The notes below the pieces were generated by a model, which saw only the letters and a list, made by a program, of their open reading frames with translations, did no database searches and was not told where the DNA came from. Positions 29,581-39,850 of a DNA stretch of 64,000 nt are shown here, in pieces; the stretch's first letter is position 1; each line of letters opens with the position of its first letter. The position numbers and the translations under genes were made by a program. Source of the DNA: Methanobacteriota archaeon (GTDB taxonomy: Archaea; Thermoplasmatota; Poseidoniia; Poseidoniales; Thalassarchaeaceae); NCBI GenBank assembly GCA_004195715.1, contig PSPX01000006.1, forward strand, positions 9,524 to 73,523, given 5' to 3'.

Positions 29581-30174
29581 TCACTGACAATTGGAGAATC
29601 GCCGTGAAACCTCAACCCAATCGACAACTTCCCACCATGCATCGATGTATGTTGCTCTGCCTGGGCCGTACTTCTTGTAATACGCATGCTCCCATACATC
29701 GAGTCCGAGTATAGGATTGCAGAATCCGTCCATCAGGGGATTGTCCTGATTGGGGCTCGAACAGACACATAGTCCTCCGTCCTTCACTCCAAGCCAAGCC
29801 CATCCGCTACCGAATCTAGTCATAGCAGCCTTATGGAATATCGACTTGAACTCATCGAATGAGCCAAACGAGGAATCGATAGCAGCAGCGAGGTCCCCGG
29901 ATGGGGCACCGCCGCCGTCGGCGGACATCGCCTCCCAGAACTGGCAATGATTCCACCAACCTCCGCCATTGTTCCTAACAGCCGCGATGTCGTTATGCTT
30001 AGAGAGTAATTCACCAATCGTCTTACCTCCTAGCCCGTTGGCTTCAATTGCAGCGTTCAGATTGTTGGTGTATCCGTTGTGGTGCTTTGAGTAGTGTATT
30101 TCCATTGTCAGCGCATCTATGTGAGGTTCCAATGCGTCGTAGTCGTAAAGCAGATCTGGTAGTTCAAAGGTCAT
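29581..30174 (-). CDS. sod: Fe/Mn superoxide dismutase (Mn-type signature)
   Basis: ALEPHID, HYSKHH, NNGGG, FGSGWAWL, NQD, DVWEHAYY. Confidence 0.95.
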   Translation of the reverse strand: MTFELPDLLYDYDALEPHIDALTMEIHYSKHHNGYTNNLNAAIEANGLGGKTIGELLSKHNDIAAVRNNGGGWWNHCQFWEAMSADGGGAPSGDLAAAIDSSFGSFDEFKSIFHKAAMTRFGSGWAWLGVKDGGLCVCSSPNQDNPLMDGFCNPILGLDVWEHAYYKKYGPGRATYIDAWWEVVDWVEVSRRFSNCQ

Positions 30175-30271
30175 CTGTCAAACGCAACCAGTAGAATGCT
30201 AAGAACTCTCCCGAATAGTTGGAAGGGGGCTCTGGGGAACCTTGATTGAAGTCCTCGGGCGCAAAGGGTGC

Positions 30272-31246
30272 ATGGGTAGGATTGCTGTAACTGACGGAAT
30301 GGCCGGTGCAGCCGTGTCCATACTAGAGAATGCTGGACACGAAGTGGTACTCAGGCATTACGAAGTCGAAGAATTGCGAACAGGGGTACTAGCGGATTTT
30401 GACGCTGTGGTGATACGCAGCGCAACGAAGATGACTTCAGAGGCAATCGAAGCATCATGCAGTGGAGGTAGACTGGGATTCATCGGAAGAGCCGGGGTAG
30501 GGGTTGACAACATCGACATCATGTCGGCTACTACGAACGGGGTCGTGGTATGCAACACCCCAGGGGCTTCTACAAAGAGCGTAGTGGAGTTGACAATTGG
30601 ACACCTGATAGCATCGACTAGGTTCGTTGCTAGAGCAGACAGGACCCTCAGATCGGGAGACTGGGCCAAGAAGCACCTCAGAGGCAGTGAACTGGGAGGG
30701 AAGCGTCTCGGACTGATTGGATTTGGTAGAATTGCCCGTGGAGTGGCCGAGCTGGCCCATGGATTCGGGATGGAGGTCAACGCATTTGACCCGTACGTCT
30801 CAGCCGAGCAAACAGACGAGCTAGACTGCTTAATGCATGACAATGTGGATAGCCTATTCAGGGCATGTACACACATTTCAGTCCATTGTAACCTCTCCGA
30901 GGACACACACCACCTAGTGAATAGAGAGAGGTTGGCTATGATGCCTGATATAGGAGCTGATGGCACAGCCTGCGGAAGCCACATAGTGAACTGTGCCCGA
31001 GGAGGGATAGTAGACGAGTCCGCAGTTCTTGATGCTCTAGATTCGGAGGTACTTTCAAGCGCTGCCTTGGACGTATTTGAGGTCGAGCCTGCTATTGGGA
31101 ATCTCCTGCTGCAACACGAACGATTTCACGGGAGTCCGCACATTGGAGCTGCTACTCTCGAAGCCCAAAACAGAGTGGGGACTGAGATGGCTGGGCTGTT
31201 AGTAGCGTTTTTTAACGGCGAAAGGCCGAAGTCTGCAATCAACTGA
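30272..31246 (+). CDS. D-2-hydroxyacid dehydrogenase, phosphoglycerate dehydrogenase-like (no ACT domain)
   Basis: RAGVGVDNID, GFGRIA, NCARGGIVDE, DVFEVEP, PHIGAAT. Confidence 0.85.
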   Translation: MGRIAVTDGMAGAAVSILENAGHEVVLRHYEVEELRTGVLADFDAVVIRSATKMTSEAIEASCSGGRLGFIGRAGVGVDNIDIMSATTNGVVVCNTPGASTKSVVELTIGHLIASTRFVARADRTLRSGDWAKKHLRGSELGGKRLGLIGFGRIARGVAELAHGFGMEVNAFDPYVSAEQTDELDCLMHDNVDSLFRACTHISVHCNLSEDTHHLVNRERLAMMPDIGADGTACGSHIVNCARGGIVDESAVLDALDSEVLSSAALDVFEVEPAIGNLLLQHERFHGSPHIGAATLEAQNRVGTEMAGLLVAFFNGERPKSAIN

Positions 31247-31250
31247 ATAC

Positions 31251-33731
31251 TCATTCGATACTATGCATGCGCACCAACGAATTCTGTAATGCAGACAGTT
31301 CTTGAGGAATGACTATTCCTGAAATTGGGGATTTCAGTGAAAGACCAGAATCCTTCTTCAACTTCCATACCATCGAATTGAATTCTGAAATTATTGGTGT
31401 TAATGCCCTCAGGGCTTCGGCGTCTTCAACATTGACTATCGCAGGCAGGCGAGGGAAGGAACGTACATCCACAGCGCTGCTGTCATAAAGTGTAGTAGAC
31501 AGATAGTGACTGAAGAACGGACAAATGGGAGATAACGCACTCAATAGGTCCCTGACGACCCTATGCAGCGTCCAAGCAGCCGATTCGTCTCCATCATAGA
31601 GGCCCGACTTCGACATCTCTAACCAGTGACTCGGGAATACCCCAGTCCCGAATCCCTTGAGTGACTGGGCTGCTGTGTATATGTCGATCTTTGACCATGC
31701 ATCTTCTACGCGTGCCATCATGGCATCGAACTCCGACAGAATCCACTGGTTCTCCGGGGACAAATCTACAGGAGGTGTGTCTAAATCATCGGGCACATCG
31801 AACTGGCTGGCGAATCGCGCTACGTTGAACATCTTGGTCAGGACACCGAAATACTTGGATTCAATCTCCTCTGGATTAATGTGGAAGTCGTCACCGACTT
31901 GGGCATCACAGGCCTTCCACAGTCGAAAGCACTCGCTTCCAATCTTATTCGCCCTGAGCTGAACCTGCTTGCCGTCTGGCCCTCTTATCTTCCATGAACC
32001 AGTCCTGCCTCCAGCTCCGCACTCTAGGACAGAGTCAGCATCTATACCATTGCCAAGGGACTTGGACATCTTTCGTCCCCAAGGGTCCATCCCTAAACCG
32101 TCCACCCAAATATTCTGGAATGCTGGCTGGTCGAATAGTAACGCACTCTTTAGCAAAGTGTAGTACAGCCATGTTCTGACTATCTCCTTACCCTGGGGTC
32201 TGATCGAAGTGGGAAACGCTCTTTCGAACAATTCTGGGTCACTGATATAGCCTGAAACATACAAATTCGAGTTTGAAGAATCCATCCAAGTGTCAAACAC
32301 CTTCCCTTCTCCCACCAATTCTCCTAGATCTCCTACCATTGTATCATAAAATCCAATCGATTCACGAGTAACCCTGTCGAGCACCTCTGATCCTGAAGGC
32401 GGGGCTTCACGCCAGGGTTGTACGTATGTGCCATGCGGAGGCACTACTATCTTCAAACCGTCTTCAGAATACCATATTGGCACCTCGGTGTGATACCATC
32501 TGCGTCGGCTAATAGGCCAGTCAATTGAGATGCCATCCATCCAATCATGCAAGAACTGCCGATTCCGCTCGGGTATGAACGAACTCTGGCTTGAGAGTTG
32601 TGATATCCGCTCTAGGATGTGGGTCTGCCTGACGTACCACTCCTTCAAGAGAATAATTTCGACTGGGTTCCCTCCCCGCTCGCTCACTGGAACCTCCTGC
32701 ATATGCATCTCTGCTGCTGATAGGCGGTCGGCCTCACTAAGAAGCTCAATCGAAGCTGCTCTGGCATCCTCTGCGGACATTCCTGAGAGAGGGCCACTGA
32801 TACCAGTCATACGACCCTCTAAATCCACAGCAACAAACGGCCTTAGGCCCAATTCCCGGAACACTGCGACATCGTTCTGATCGCCGAACGAACAGACCAT
32901 CAGAACACCGCTGCCGAAATCCATCTTAACAGAGGGGTGGGTCACAATTTCCACTAATGACTCCCTGTCGGTTACTGGAAGGGGGAGTTGTATGCGCTTA
33001 CCAACCAGATGTTTGTACCTCTCGTCTTCGGGGTTAACTACGACGACCCCGCAGGCGCAAATCAACTCAGGTCGGGTGGTGGATATCACCACATCCTCTC
33101 CGTCTTCTGTAGTCCAACGGACATCGCACAACAGTGTCTCGCGTGTTACCCTCTGAACTTCTGCTTCGGCAATAGTTGTCCCTTCTACCGGGTCGTAAAT
33201 GTTGGGACGAAGGTCTTCAACTATGTCGCCTCGCTTGAACAGGTCCACGAATATGGATTGGGTCACTGCTCGGTAATCGGGGGCGTCTGTTAGATACTCG
33301 TTATCGAAATCACAGGACAAACCCACACGCTTGGCTGTTTCACGCATTGCCTGAGTGTATGGTTCAATGGTCTCAGCACACAGATCAAGGAATTCTCCCC
33401 GATCGTACGACCTCATTTTACGACCAAACTTCTTCTCAACTGTGAATTCGATATTGATTCCATTGCGGTCCACACCCCATGGAAAGCGAACCTCCTTCCC
33501 AAGCAATCGCTGGCTACGAGCAATGACATCTATCATACTGTATTGAGCCACTGCACCAATGTGCCAGGTTCCGCTGGGGTAGGGAGGGGGTGTGTCGATG
33601 ATGAATATCTCTCGCTCGCTCTTCGGATTGAAAGAATAACGTTCAGAGTAAGACTCTCCGTAATGACTCTCCTGAATCCTCTTCTCAAGGTCTATTGACC
33701 ACCTCTTCTCGGGAATTTTTGGTGCACCCAT
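31251..33731 (-). CDS. valS: Valine--tRNA ligase (archaeal type)
   Basis: IDTPPPY, HIGA, TTRPE, DWPISR, FDTWMDSS, RPQGKEIVRTW, KMSKS. Confidence 0.92.
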   Translation of the reverse strand: MGAPKIPEKRWSIDLEKRIQESHYGESYSERYSFNPKSEREIFIIDTPPPYPSGTWHIGAVAQYSMIDVIARSQRLLGKEVRFPWGVDRNGINIEFTVEKKFGRKMRSYDRGEFLDLCAETIEPYTQAMRETAKRVGLSCDFDNEYLTDAPDYRAVTQSIFVDLFKRGDIVEDLRPNIYDPVEGTTIAEAEVQRVTRETLLCDVRWTTEDGEDVVISTTRPELICACGVVVVNPEDERYKHLVGKRIQLPLPVTDRESLVEIVTHPSVKMDFGSGVLMVCSFGDQNDVAVFRELGLRPFVAVDLEGRMTGISGPLSGMSAEDARAASIELLSEADRLSAAEMHMQEVPVSERGGNPVEIILLKEWYVRQTHILERISQLSSQSSFIPERNRQFLHDWMDGISIDWPISRRRWYHTEVPIWYSEDGLKIVVPPHGTYVQPWREAPPSGSEVLDRVTRESIGFYDTMVGDLGELVGEGKVFDTWMDSSNSNLYVSGYISDPELFERAFPTSIRPQGKEIVRTWLYYTLLKSALLFDQPAFQNIWVDGLGMDPWGRKMSKSLGNGIDADSVLECGAGGRTGSWKIRGPDGKQVQLRANKIGSECFRLWKACDAQVGDDFHINPEEIESKYFGVLTKMFNVARFASQFDVPDDLDTPPVDLSPENQWILSEFDAMMARVEDAWSKIDIYTAAQSLKGFGTGVFPSHWLEMSKSGLYDGDESAAWTLHRVVRDLLSALSPICPFFSHYLSTTLYDSSAVDVRSFPRLPAIVNVEDAEALRALTPIISEFNSMVWKLKKDSGLSLKSPISGIVIPQELSALQNSLVRMHSIE

Positions 33732-33883
33732 AATACAACCTCGGCTATTTCGCAGGCCTCCCTGAGGAACCCCATTCTTGACCATTCCCGCAATCACGGG
33801 TCGGTTCGATATACAGCATCAGTCGGATTACAACTGCGAGGGGTTGAATACCCGCCCTCAAGCAGGTCACTCACGAGAAGTGC

Positions 33884-36868
33884 ATGAGTGCAAGCGACGG
33901 CAAGGGCTTCAGGCCCCGAGAAGCCTTGGAACGAGTTAAGACGGAGGCTGCTTCAAGAGTCACCAAAGGCAAGGAAGCCGCAAGCGGCATGGACGCCGAA
34001 TCTATCAGGGGTGCCGTGAAAAGGACTCCCAATGCGCTGCGACGGGCTCTGTCGGACTCGACTGCGACGGGTATTCTCACCAAGGCCCCTGCATTCACAG
34101 TCGTGTTGTGTCTGCTTGTCACGGGATTCTTCACAATGCACTCTGGAGTTCTAGATTGCCGCGATGGTTTCGAATACGACTTTTGTAGTGAAGAATCTGC
34201 ATTGAACGTGAATGGGGACCTGGCGGTCTACCTGCCCCAAGGTTCCCCAATAACGGCACAGATTGCCGAGGTCGAAAAGGATTGGACCACTAATGTGATG
34301 GTGATCTATGTAGAGTCCGAGGACAATAATGTAACGAAAGTTGAGATATTGAATGAAATTGATGCAGTAGAGGGTCAGTTGAACTACGTTAGGGATGACA
34401 GGGGGATTAATGACAATATCATCTATGTACTATCTATTTCGACTGTAATCAAAGAAGTAAACTCTAGCGCAGGAAGAGTGGCCAAGGCCACTTTCACAGC
34501 ACTTGCACAGGCTACAGGAAACGATGAGTTATCCGAGCAGTTCAACGAGACCATAGACGATCAGGAAGATATTATCGGCAGCTACACGATACCGGATGAA
34601 CAGGAACGCGTAGATCAAATTCTAGGTGAGATGCCCCAGAATGCTCTTGACAAACTAGTCAGGGATGTAGGAAAAGATCTTGACGGGGATGGGGTTTATG
34701 AAATTGAGAAAGCCAACAGGTGGAATAGAGCTGTCATTATCATTGGAATCGAAGCGGACACTGATGGTGACGGAATTGATGATGTTGATATCTCAGAACT
34801 GATTTTTGACACTCAAGAAACAATAGACGGTCTAGCCCGGGAAAACGATTGGGGAAAGAAGAACCTGACCATGACCCTTACCGGACCTGTACCGATAACG
34901 AGTGCTGTGACTGAAGAGTCCTTCAAACTGTTCTGGAAGGTTTTCCCACTGGGTGTAATGGCTGTTGCCCTAGGCCTGTTCCTGTTTCATTGTGACCTCT
35001 TGCAGACAGGGAGGATTAGGTTCGTTCAGGGTCTGAAAGTAGTCATCATTTCAGGACTACCGACATTATGTTCAGTTTGGATTACTCTGGGCATCATAGG
35101 ATTCACCAACTACGAGGTCACCATGACGGTGATTATCGTCGGACCAATCGTACTAGCTCTGGGCGTCTCTTACGGGCTTCACATAACCAACCGATACGCT
35201 GAAGCTAGAGGAACTCCAAGAGAGAAGATGGCGATTGCTCTCAATTCTACAGGGCGCGCTGTTTTCCTTTCCGCTGTCACCACCATTATCGGTTTCATCT
35301 CCCTTACCTTCACACCGATGGCACCAATCAAAACTGTTGGATTCTCCCTTGCGGGGGGCATAGTAGTTGTCTACATCATGACGATGATTATGGTGCCAAA
35401 TCTCACTATGATGCTTGATCTAAAGAAGCCGTCTCATCCTCCGCCCAAGTTGTTCGTCCAGGCGGTGGGTGTACCGATTAAATGGAGCCGCGCAGCCATT
35501 GCAGTGTTCGCTATTGCTATGCTTATGTCTGCAGGAATACCAGGGATTTCTGGGATTGGGGCAAGAGAGAATGTGGAAGAGAATATCGACCTGCTTGAAA
35601 TGGCCCCAACAAAAGGCGCTGATGGAGAACCTGTGAAGGCTGTTCAGAAAATGAAGACTTATTCTGACGAATTTGAAGCTGGCCAACCAGGATTCCTAAT
35701 GATCGAGGGTGATTTGCGTGCCAGCCCCAACCTCTTCGACCCCGTGCTATACGATCCATTCGATAATCTGAAAGGAATTGAGGCCCTAGAACAGAATTGC
35801 AATCGTGTCAATCGGACTACAGCTGTGTCGATTGTGTTCCTGATGAAAGCGGTCGCAGTGGGAGTAAATATCTCAGGACAGCCAATAGTCGACCAGATTG
35901 ACCAACTACCTCTACCTCAAGAAGCGAAAGACCTCGCTGCATTGGTGTTTGGCAGAGAGGTTGCGGGCAACGGCTCTTTCTGGGAGACACTGTCTGCCCT
36001 GGATGGTTCGCCATCAGGCGATGATCAAGCTCACAACTTCCTGATTTATGTGTTCTACAATAGCATGACTGATGAAATGAGGGAATTGTTCATCTCGTCG
36101 AGTTTCAGTCGCAGCCTGATTTACATCGACATGCCCTTCATGGACGTCAAGAACACCGCAGAGGCGGTCGATGGACCGGGTGGGGTCAACTATTGGGTCG
36201 ACAACACCGCTGGCGTGAAGTCATCATACCTAGTCGGGGTAGCCTCTGTGACTATTGAGGTGAACAATCTGATAGTTGACTCTCAGTGGAGGTCACTCGG
36301 ATTCGCTCTGCTATTCACTATTCTTACACTCGGGCTCGTATTCAGAGACCTCAGGTTCGCCCTCCTGACAACGATACCAGTTTTCTTCACCGTAGCGATG
36401 CAATGGCTGGCAATGGACGCGCTTGGTGTCCCTCTTTCTCTTGTTACTGTGATGGTAGGTTCAATACTAGTGGGAGTTGGTATCGATTTCTCGATTCACA
36501 TTGCCAACCGAGTTAAGGAGCAAGGTGGAACTATGGAGGCGGTAAAGGTAGCATGCGCTAGTACTGGGATGAGTCTGTTTGAAGCCACCACCGTCACTGC
36601 AGCTGGGTTGACAAGCGCTTACTATATTCCAATCAAGGCCATACACCCCTTCGTGACTGTCATCATCATCCTTCTAATCGTCGCTGCGCTATCGGCCCTG
36701 CTTCTCCTCCCTGCAATATATGCACTGCTCATCAAGAACAATGTCGGTCTAACAGGAGGTGTCGAGACAATGGTCAAGACAGCGGGATTACGCCGCGCCA
36801 TAGCCAGAGACGAGGCTGATTCTATCGATGCAACGCTACTAATCGGGTCAGCGGATGATGCGTGGTGA
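33884..36868 (+). CDS. RND-superfamily (MMPL/HAE3-like) transporter
   Basis: Two TM bundles with LGVSYGLH and GVGIDFSIH motifs, plus two large external loops. Confidence 0.88.
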   Translation: MSASDGKGFRPREALERVKTEAASRVTKGKEAASGMDAESIRGAVKRTPNALRRALSDSTATGILTKAPAFTVVLCLLVTGFFTMHSGVLDCRDGFEYDFCSEESALNVNGDLAVYLPQGSPITAQIAEVEKDWTTNVMVIYVESEDNNVTKVEILNEIDAVEGQLNYVRDDRGINDNIIYVLSISTVIKEVNSSAGRVAKATFTALAQATGNDELSEQFNETIDDQEDIIGSYTIPDEQERVDQILGEMPQNALDKLVRDVGKDLDGDGVYEIEKANRWNRAVIIIGIEADTDGDGIDDVDISELIFDTQETIDGLARENDWGKKNLTMTLTGPVPITSAVTEESFKLFWKVFPLGVMAVALGLFLFHCDLLQTGRIRFVQGLKVVIISGLPTLCSVWITLGIIGFTNYEVTMTVIIVGPIVLALGVSYGLHITNRYAEARGTPREKMAIALNSTGRAVFLSAVTTIIGFISLTFTPMAPIKTVGFSLAGGIVVVYIMTMIMVPNLTMMLDLKKPSHPPPKLFVQAVGVPIKWSRAAIAVFAIAMLMSAGIPGISGIGARENVEENIDLLEMAPTKGADGEPVKAVQKMKTYSDEFEAGQPGFLMIEGDLRASPNLFDPVLYDPFDNLKGIEALEQNCNRVNRTTAVSIVFLMKAVAVGVNISGQPIVDQIDQLPLPQEAKDLAALVFGREVAGNGSFWETLSALDGSPSGDDQAHNFLIYVFYNSMTDEMRELFISSSFSRSLIYIDMPFMDVKNTAEAVDGPGGVNYWVDNTAGVKSSYLVGVASVTIEVNNLIVDSQWRSLGFALLFTILTLGLVFRDLRFALLTTIPVFFTVAMQWLAMDALGVPLSLVTVMVGSILVGVGIDFSIHIANRVKEQGGTMEAVKVACASTGMSLFEATTVTAAGLTSAYYIPIKAIHPFVTVIIILLIVAALSALLLLPAIYALLIKNNVGLTGGVETMVKTAGLRRAIARDEADSIDATLLIGSADDAW

Positions 36869-36906
36869 CGCGTCACCTTCATGCACCTGAAGCAACTGCG
36901 AACAGT

Positions 36907-37377
36907 ATGGCGCATTGGCTAATGAAAAGTGAGCCACATGCGTACTCGTGGGAACAACTGGTAGAAGACGGTTCGACCCATTGGGATGGTGTCAGAAACT
37001 ATCAGGCTAGGAACCTGATGAGAGACGATATGTCAGTAGGGGACCTAGTTCTGTTCTACCACTCCAACTGCAAGCCTCCTCATGTCGCCGGAGTTGCGAA
37101 AGTATGCAAAGAAGCGTATCCTGACTTCACAGCTCAGGACCCGTCATCGAAGTACTTCGATCCGAAAGCAACACCTGACAACCCAAGATGGATGATGGTA
37201 GACATTGAGGCTGTGTCGGAACTAGAACCGATTACGTTACCCGAACTCAGGACAAATCCGTTACTGGAAGGTATGCCCCTTCTACGACGAGGACAGAGGC
37301 TGTCAGTACAACCCGTTTCGGAAAGGCATTTCAAAGCAGTTTGTCTGATGGGTGGCCTATCTAAACTACCCGAATAG
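36907..37377 (+). CDS. EVE domain protein (THYN1-like)
   Basis: WLMKSEP, WDGVRNYQARN, FYHSN, RLSVQPV. Confidence 0.92.
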   Translation: MAHWLMKSEPHAYSWEQLVEDGSTHWDGVRNYQARNLMRDDMSVGDLVLFYHSNCKPPHVAGVAKVCKEAYPDFTAQDPSSKYFDPKATPDNPRWMMVDIEAVSELEPITLPELRTNPLLEGMPLLRRGQRLSVQPVSERHFKAVCLMGGLSKLPE

Positions 37378-37686
37378 GTGGGCGCGTCCTCGGTGGACGC
37401 TCGTCACCAAAGGTGTAGGCTCACCGGTCTCCTCCGCCCCGCAATCCCAAGGCATCCAGAGTCCCCGGTCGGGCTGCTCGCTTCCGCGTCTGACCTGGTT
37501 CCCGGGCTTAGATGGGCCCCGCTTCCCTCCGGAAGCGGTTTCCGTCAACCTGGATCTCTTGGGGGCGAGGCATCGACGTTAACCGGTGAAACACCAATGG
37601 CTCGTCTGCGCCGCCCTCGGACTTCGGGTCTCCATTACCGACGATTTGAGAATAATAGAGCACGTCAACTCTCCCCCTAGCCCGAC
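37377..37686 (-). ncRNA. ffs: Archaeal signal recognition particle (7S) RNA
   Basis: Reverse complement starts GTCGGGCTAGG and contains helix 6 (CCGCTTCC-GGAG-GGAAGCGG) and helix 8 (CAGACGC-GGAA-GCGAGCAG); about 310 nt. Confidence 0.9.
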
Positions 37687-37743
37687 TGTGGCTAGATATC
37701 GTCCCATATCAACGAATCCCAAGTAGGCTAATACCTCTGAAGA

Positions 37744-38121
37744 CTATTCTGAGTACTTAGACGGGCATCCTGTTTGTATCTCATGGGCCTCAAGCAGCCA
37801 TCCGTTGGAGTTACTTACTAGGTTGCCTTTGACAGCAATTGTGTGGCCCTCTTCAAATCCATCTGGAACTATCACTCTCGAATAATCGACTTGAAGCGAA
37901 TGAGTCTGGCCAACCAACTCGAAGGAAGTTGACGAGGTGTCGACTGATCCTATTACCACCTGCCCCCTCAAATGGATGTCGCCCTTGTGGGAATCAGGAG
38001 ACGACATGACCTCGTCAATGGAATACTGAGTTTGAGGTTCTATACTAAGGAACATCATTGCGATCAAAGCTGCCAAACAGGCGCCGACGATGATCAACCG
38101 GGAAATTCTGGTACCTGCCAT
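37744..38121 (-). CDS. ccmE: Heme chaperone CcmE, CxxxY variant
   Basis: N-terminal TM, VDY..VPDGFEEG..IAVKG, C-terminal CPSKY. Confidence 0.85.
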   Translation of the reverse strand: MAGTRISRLIIVGACLAALIAMMFLSIEPQTQYSIDEVMSSPDSHKGDIHLRGQVVIGSVDTSSTSFELVGQTHSLQVDYSRVIVPDGFEEGHTIAVKGNLVSNSNGWLLEAHEIQTGCPSKYSE

Positions 38122-38166
38122 GACATTAGGTCAGGTAGATGATAGATGAGGGTTTTCTATGTCCCT

Positions 38167-39250
38167 TCAAGTGATATCTAGGCCTACGGCTTCCTCGATA
38201 CTGAGGAAACCATTCTCCTTCACCCTCTTCCTGAGTCCCTTAACGATACCACTTACGACAGAGGGTCCGTTGAAGACCAAGGCAGAATACAATTGCAGTA
38301 GGGAAGCTCCCGAGGAGACAGCTTGCCAAGCAGTGTCCACAGAATCAATCCCACCCACCCCTACAATCGGGACAGTCGATTGGGTTTCCTCGTAGAGCAA
38401 ACGTATGACCTCGTTCGAACGTGCCTGCAGAGGTCGTCCAGAGAGCCCTCCACTCTCAGCAAACACACTGCGAGAAGTAGTGTTCCTAGGCACAGGCCGG
38501 TGCAGTGTTGTGTTGGTAGCTACGAAACCGTCAATGCCTTTTCGCAATGCCATCTGAGCAGATGCGATAACCTCGTCGTCGCTATTGTCCGGAGAGAGTT
38601 TTAGCAGCAGGGGTTTTCCTCCCCCTTTCCTGTCTGACATCATCTTGCATTCCGTGAGTATAGAAGCCAGATGATCTACCTCCTGTAGTTCTCTCAAACC
38701 CGGAGTATTTGGGGAGGATACGTTGAGTACAAACATATCTGCGTGGTTCCACAACATCTCCATAGAGCTGGAGTAATCAGACGGGGCGCTCTCGTTGGGC
38801 GTCTTCCTAGAACGGCCGATGTTCGCAGCCACGGGAACCTTTGGCCACATTCCAGAGGCCCTTCTGGCCATCAATCGGTCCCTCACAGCAGCAGCTCCAG
38901 GGTTGTTGAATCCCATTCTATTGACTAGTGCCCTCTCAGAATGGGCTCTGAACATCCTAGGTTTTGGATTTCCTTCTTGGGGGAATCTGGTGATACCACC
39001 ATATTCAATCCAAGAGAATCCCAGAGCAGGCCATGCGCTGAGTGCCTCCGCCCAGCCCGAGGGGGTGGTGGAACAATCTGCCAAATACATGTATGGGGAG
39101 CTCGGGGGCGTGGTAAATTGTGCTGAGGGCTCGTTGACCAGCTCTGCTCTGGCCGAACGTGGTTAGGCCCCTCATTGCTAGACTGTGCGCTTTCTCCGAG
39201 TCAGTAAATCTAAGCAGGGGCCTCGCGAATAGTGAATACGGCAGCCCCAT
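38167..39250 (-). pseudogene. pyrD: Quinone-dependent dihydroorotate dehydrogenase, frameshifted (real lesion or assembly error)
   Basis: N-part MGLPYSLF...HHPLGL and C-part AEALSAW...GNPKPRMFR...NRMGFNN...NVSSPNTPGLR lie in different frames. The junction is near 39050 and the AAGxDK motif is absent. Confidence 0.85.
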
Positions 39251-39369
39251 CAACAGAACGCGCGGAACGGTATCCTTCAAGCGTTGCGTTACATCGCCAG
39301 CCCGTGCGCTCAACAATCGAGGCTGCAGCAATCAGCGAACTGGCTCGTAGGGCACTTCGATCAGAGGGA

Positions 39370-39714
39370 ATGGTGGTCCACCATCGAAACCCAACCTCCC
39401 TAGGTATAGATGCCTTATCAGTAAATATCGGTGATCTATCGCCCGGGATGCTACTCGGTGTGGTCGGCGAGACATCTGACTCCAAGGGAATAACAATCGA
39501 AATGCTGAATTCTCCAGGAGGGGTTATCGCTGCAGATGAGCCTGTAGATTTCAGAATCGTCTGGATACCAGGGGATTGCTCTTCGATATGGAATCGCTTC
39601 ACAGACACGGTCCTCAGACTGGCCGAAGCTGGCTATCCTGGATGCGTCGGATGCGCAGGACCAGCGGCTGAAGGGCCTTGGGACGAAGAAGCATCTAGGC
39701 TACGATTGAGGTAG
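39370..39714 (+). CDS. Hypothetical protein with a C-terminal CxxC (GYPGCVGC)
   Basis: ORF divergent from pyrD; start trimmed to avoid overlap. Confidence 0.6.
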   Translation: MVVHHRNPTSLGIDALSVNIGDLSPGMLLGVVGETSDSKGITIEMLNSPGGVIAADEPVDFRIVWIPGDCSSIWNRFTDTVLRLAEAGYPGCVGCAGPAAEGPWDEEASRLRLR

Positions 39715-39850
39715 ATGGCTTCGCGCGCCCCCTCGCCCGCGCGCGCGTTGGACAGTACTCAGACTACTCATGTTTATACGGAGTTCATCGGGGCACACGA
39801 AAACGAGGTCAAGCTGGTCTTCGATGACATAGCTGACTAGAGGCGATACT

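Noticed and set aside
37352..37680. Short ORFs of 60-100 aa over this interval
   Set aside because: The interval is the SRP RNA; its GC-rich stems create stop-free frames.
39005..39090. Programmed ribosomal frameshift in pyrD
   Set aside because: Conserved residues are physically missing, so a frameshift cannot give a functional enzyme.
39715..39850. 5S rRNA or another structured RNA in the gap before topA
   Set aside because: No 5S conserved motifs or terminal helix pairing found.
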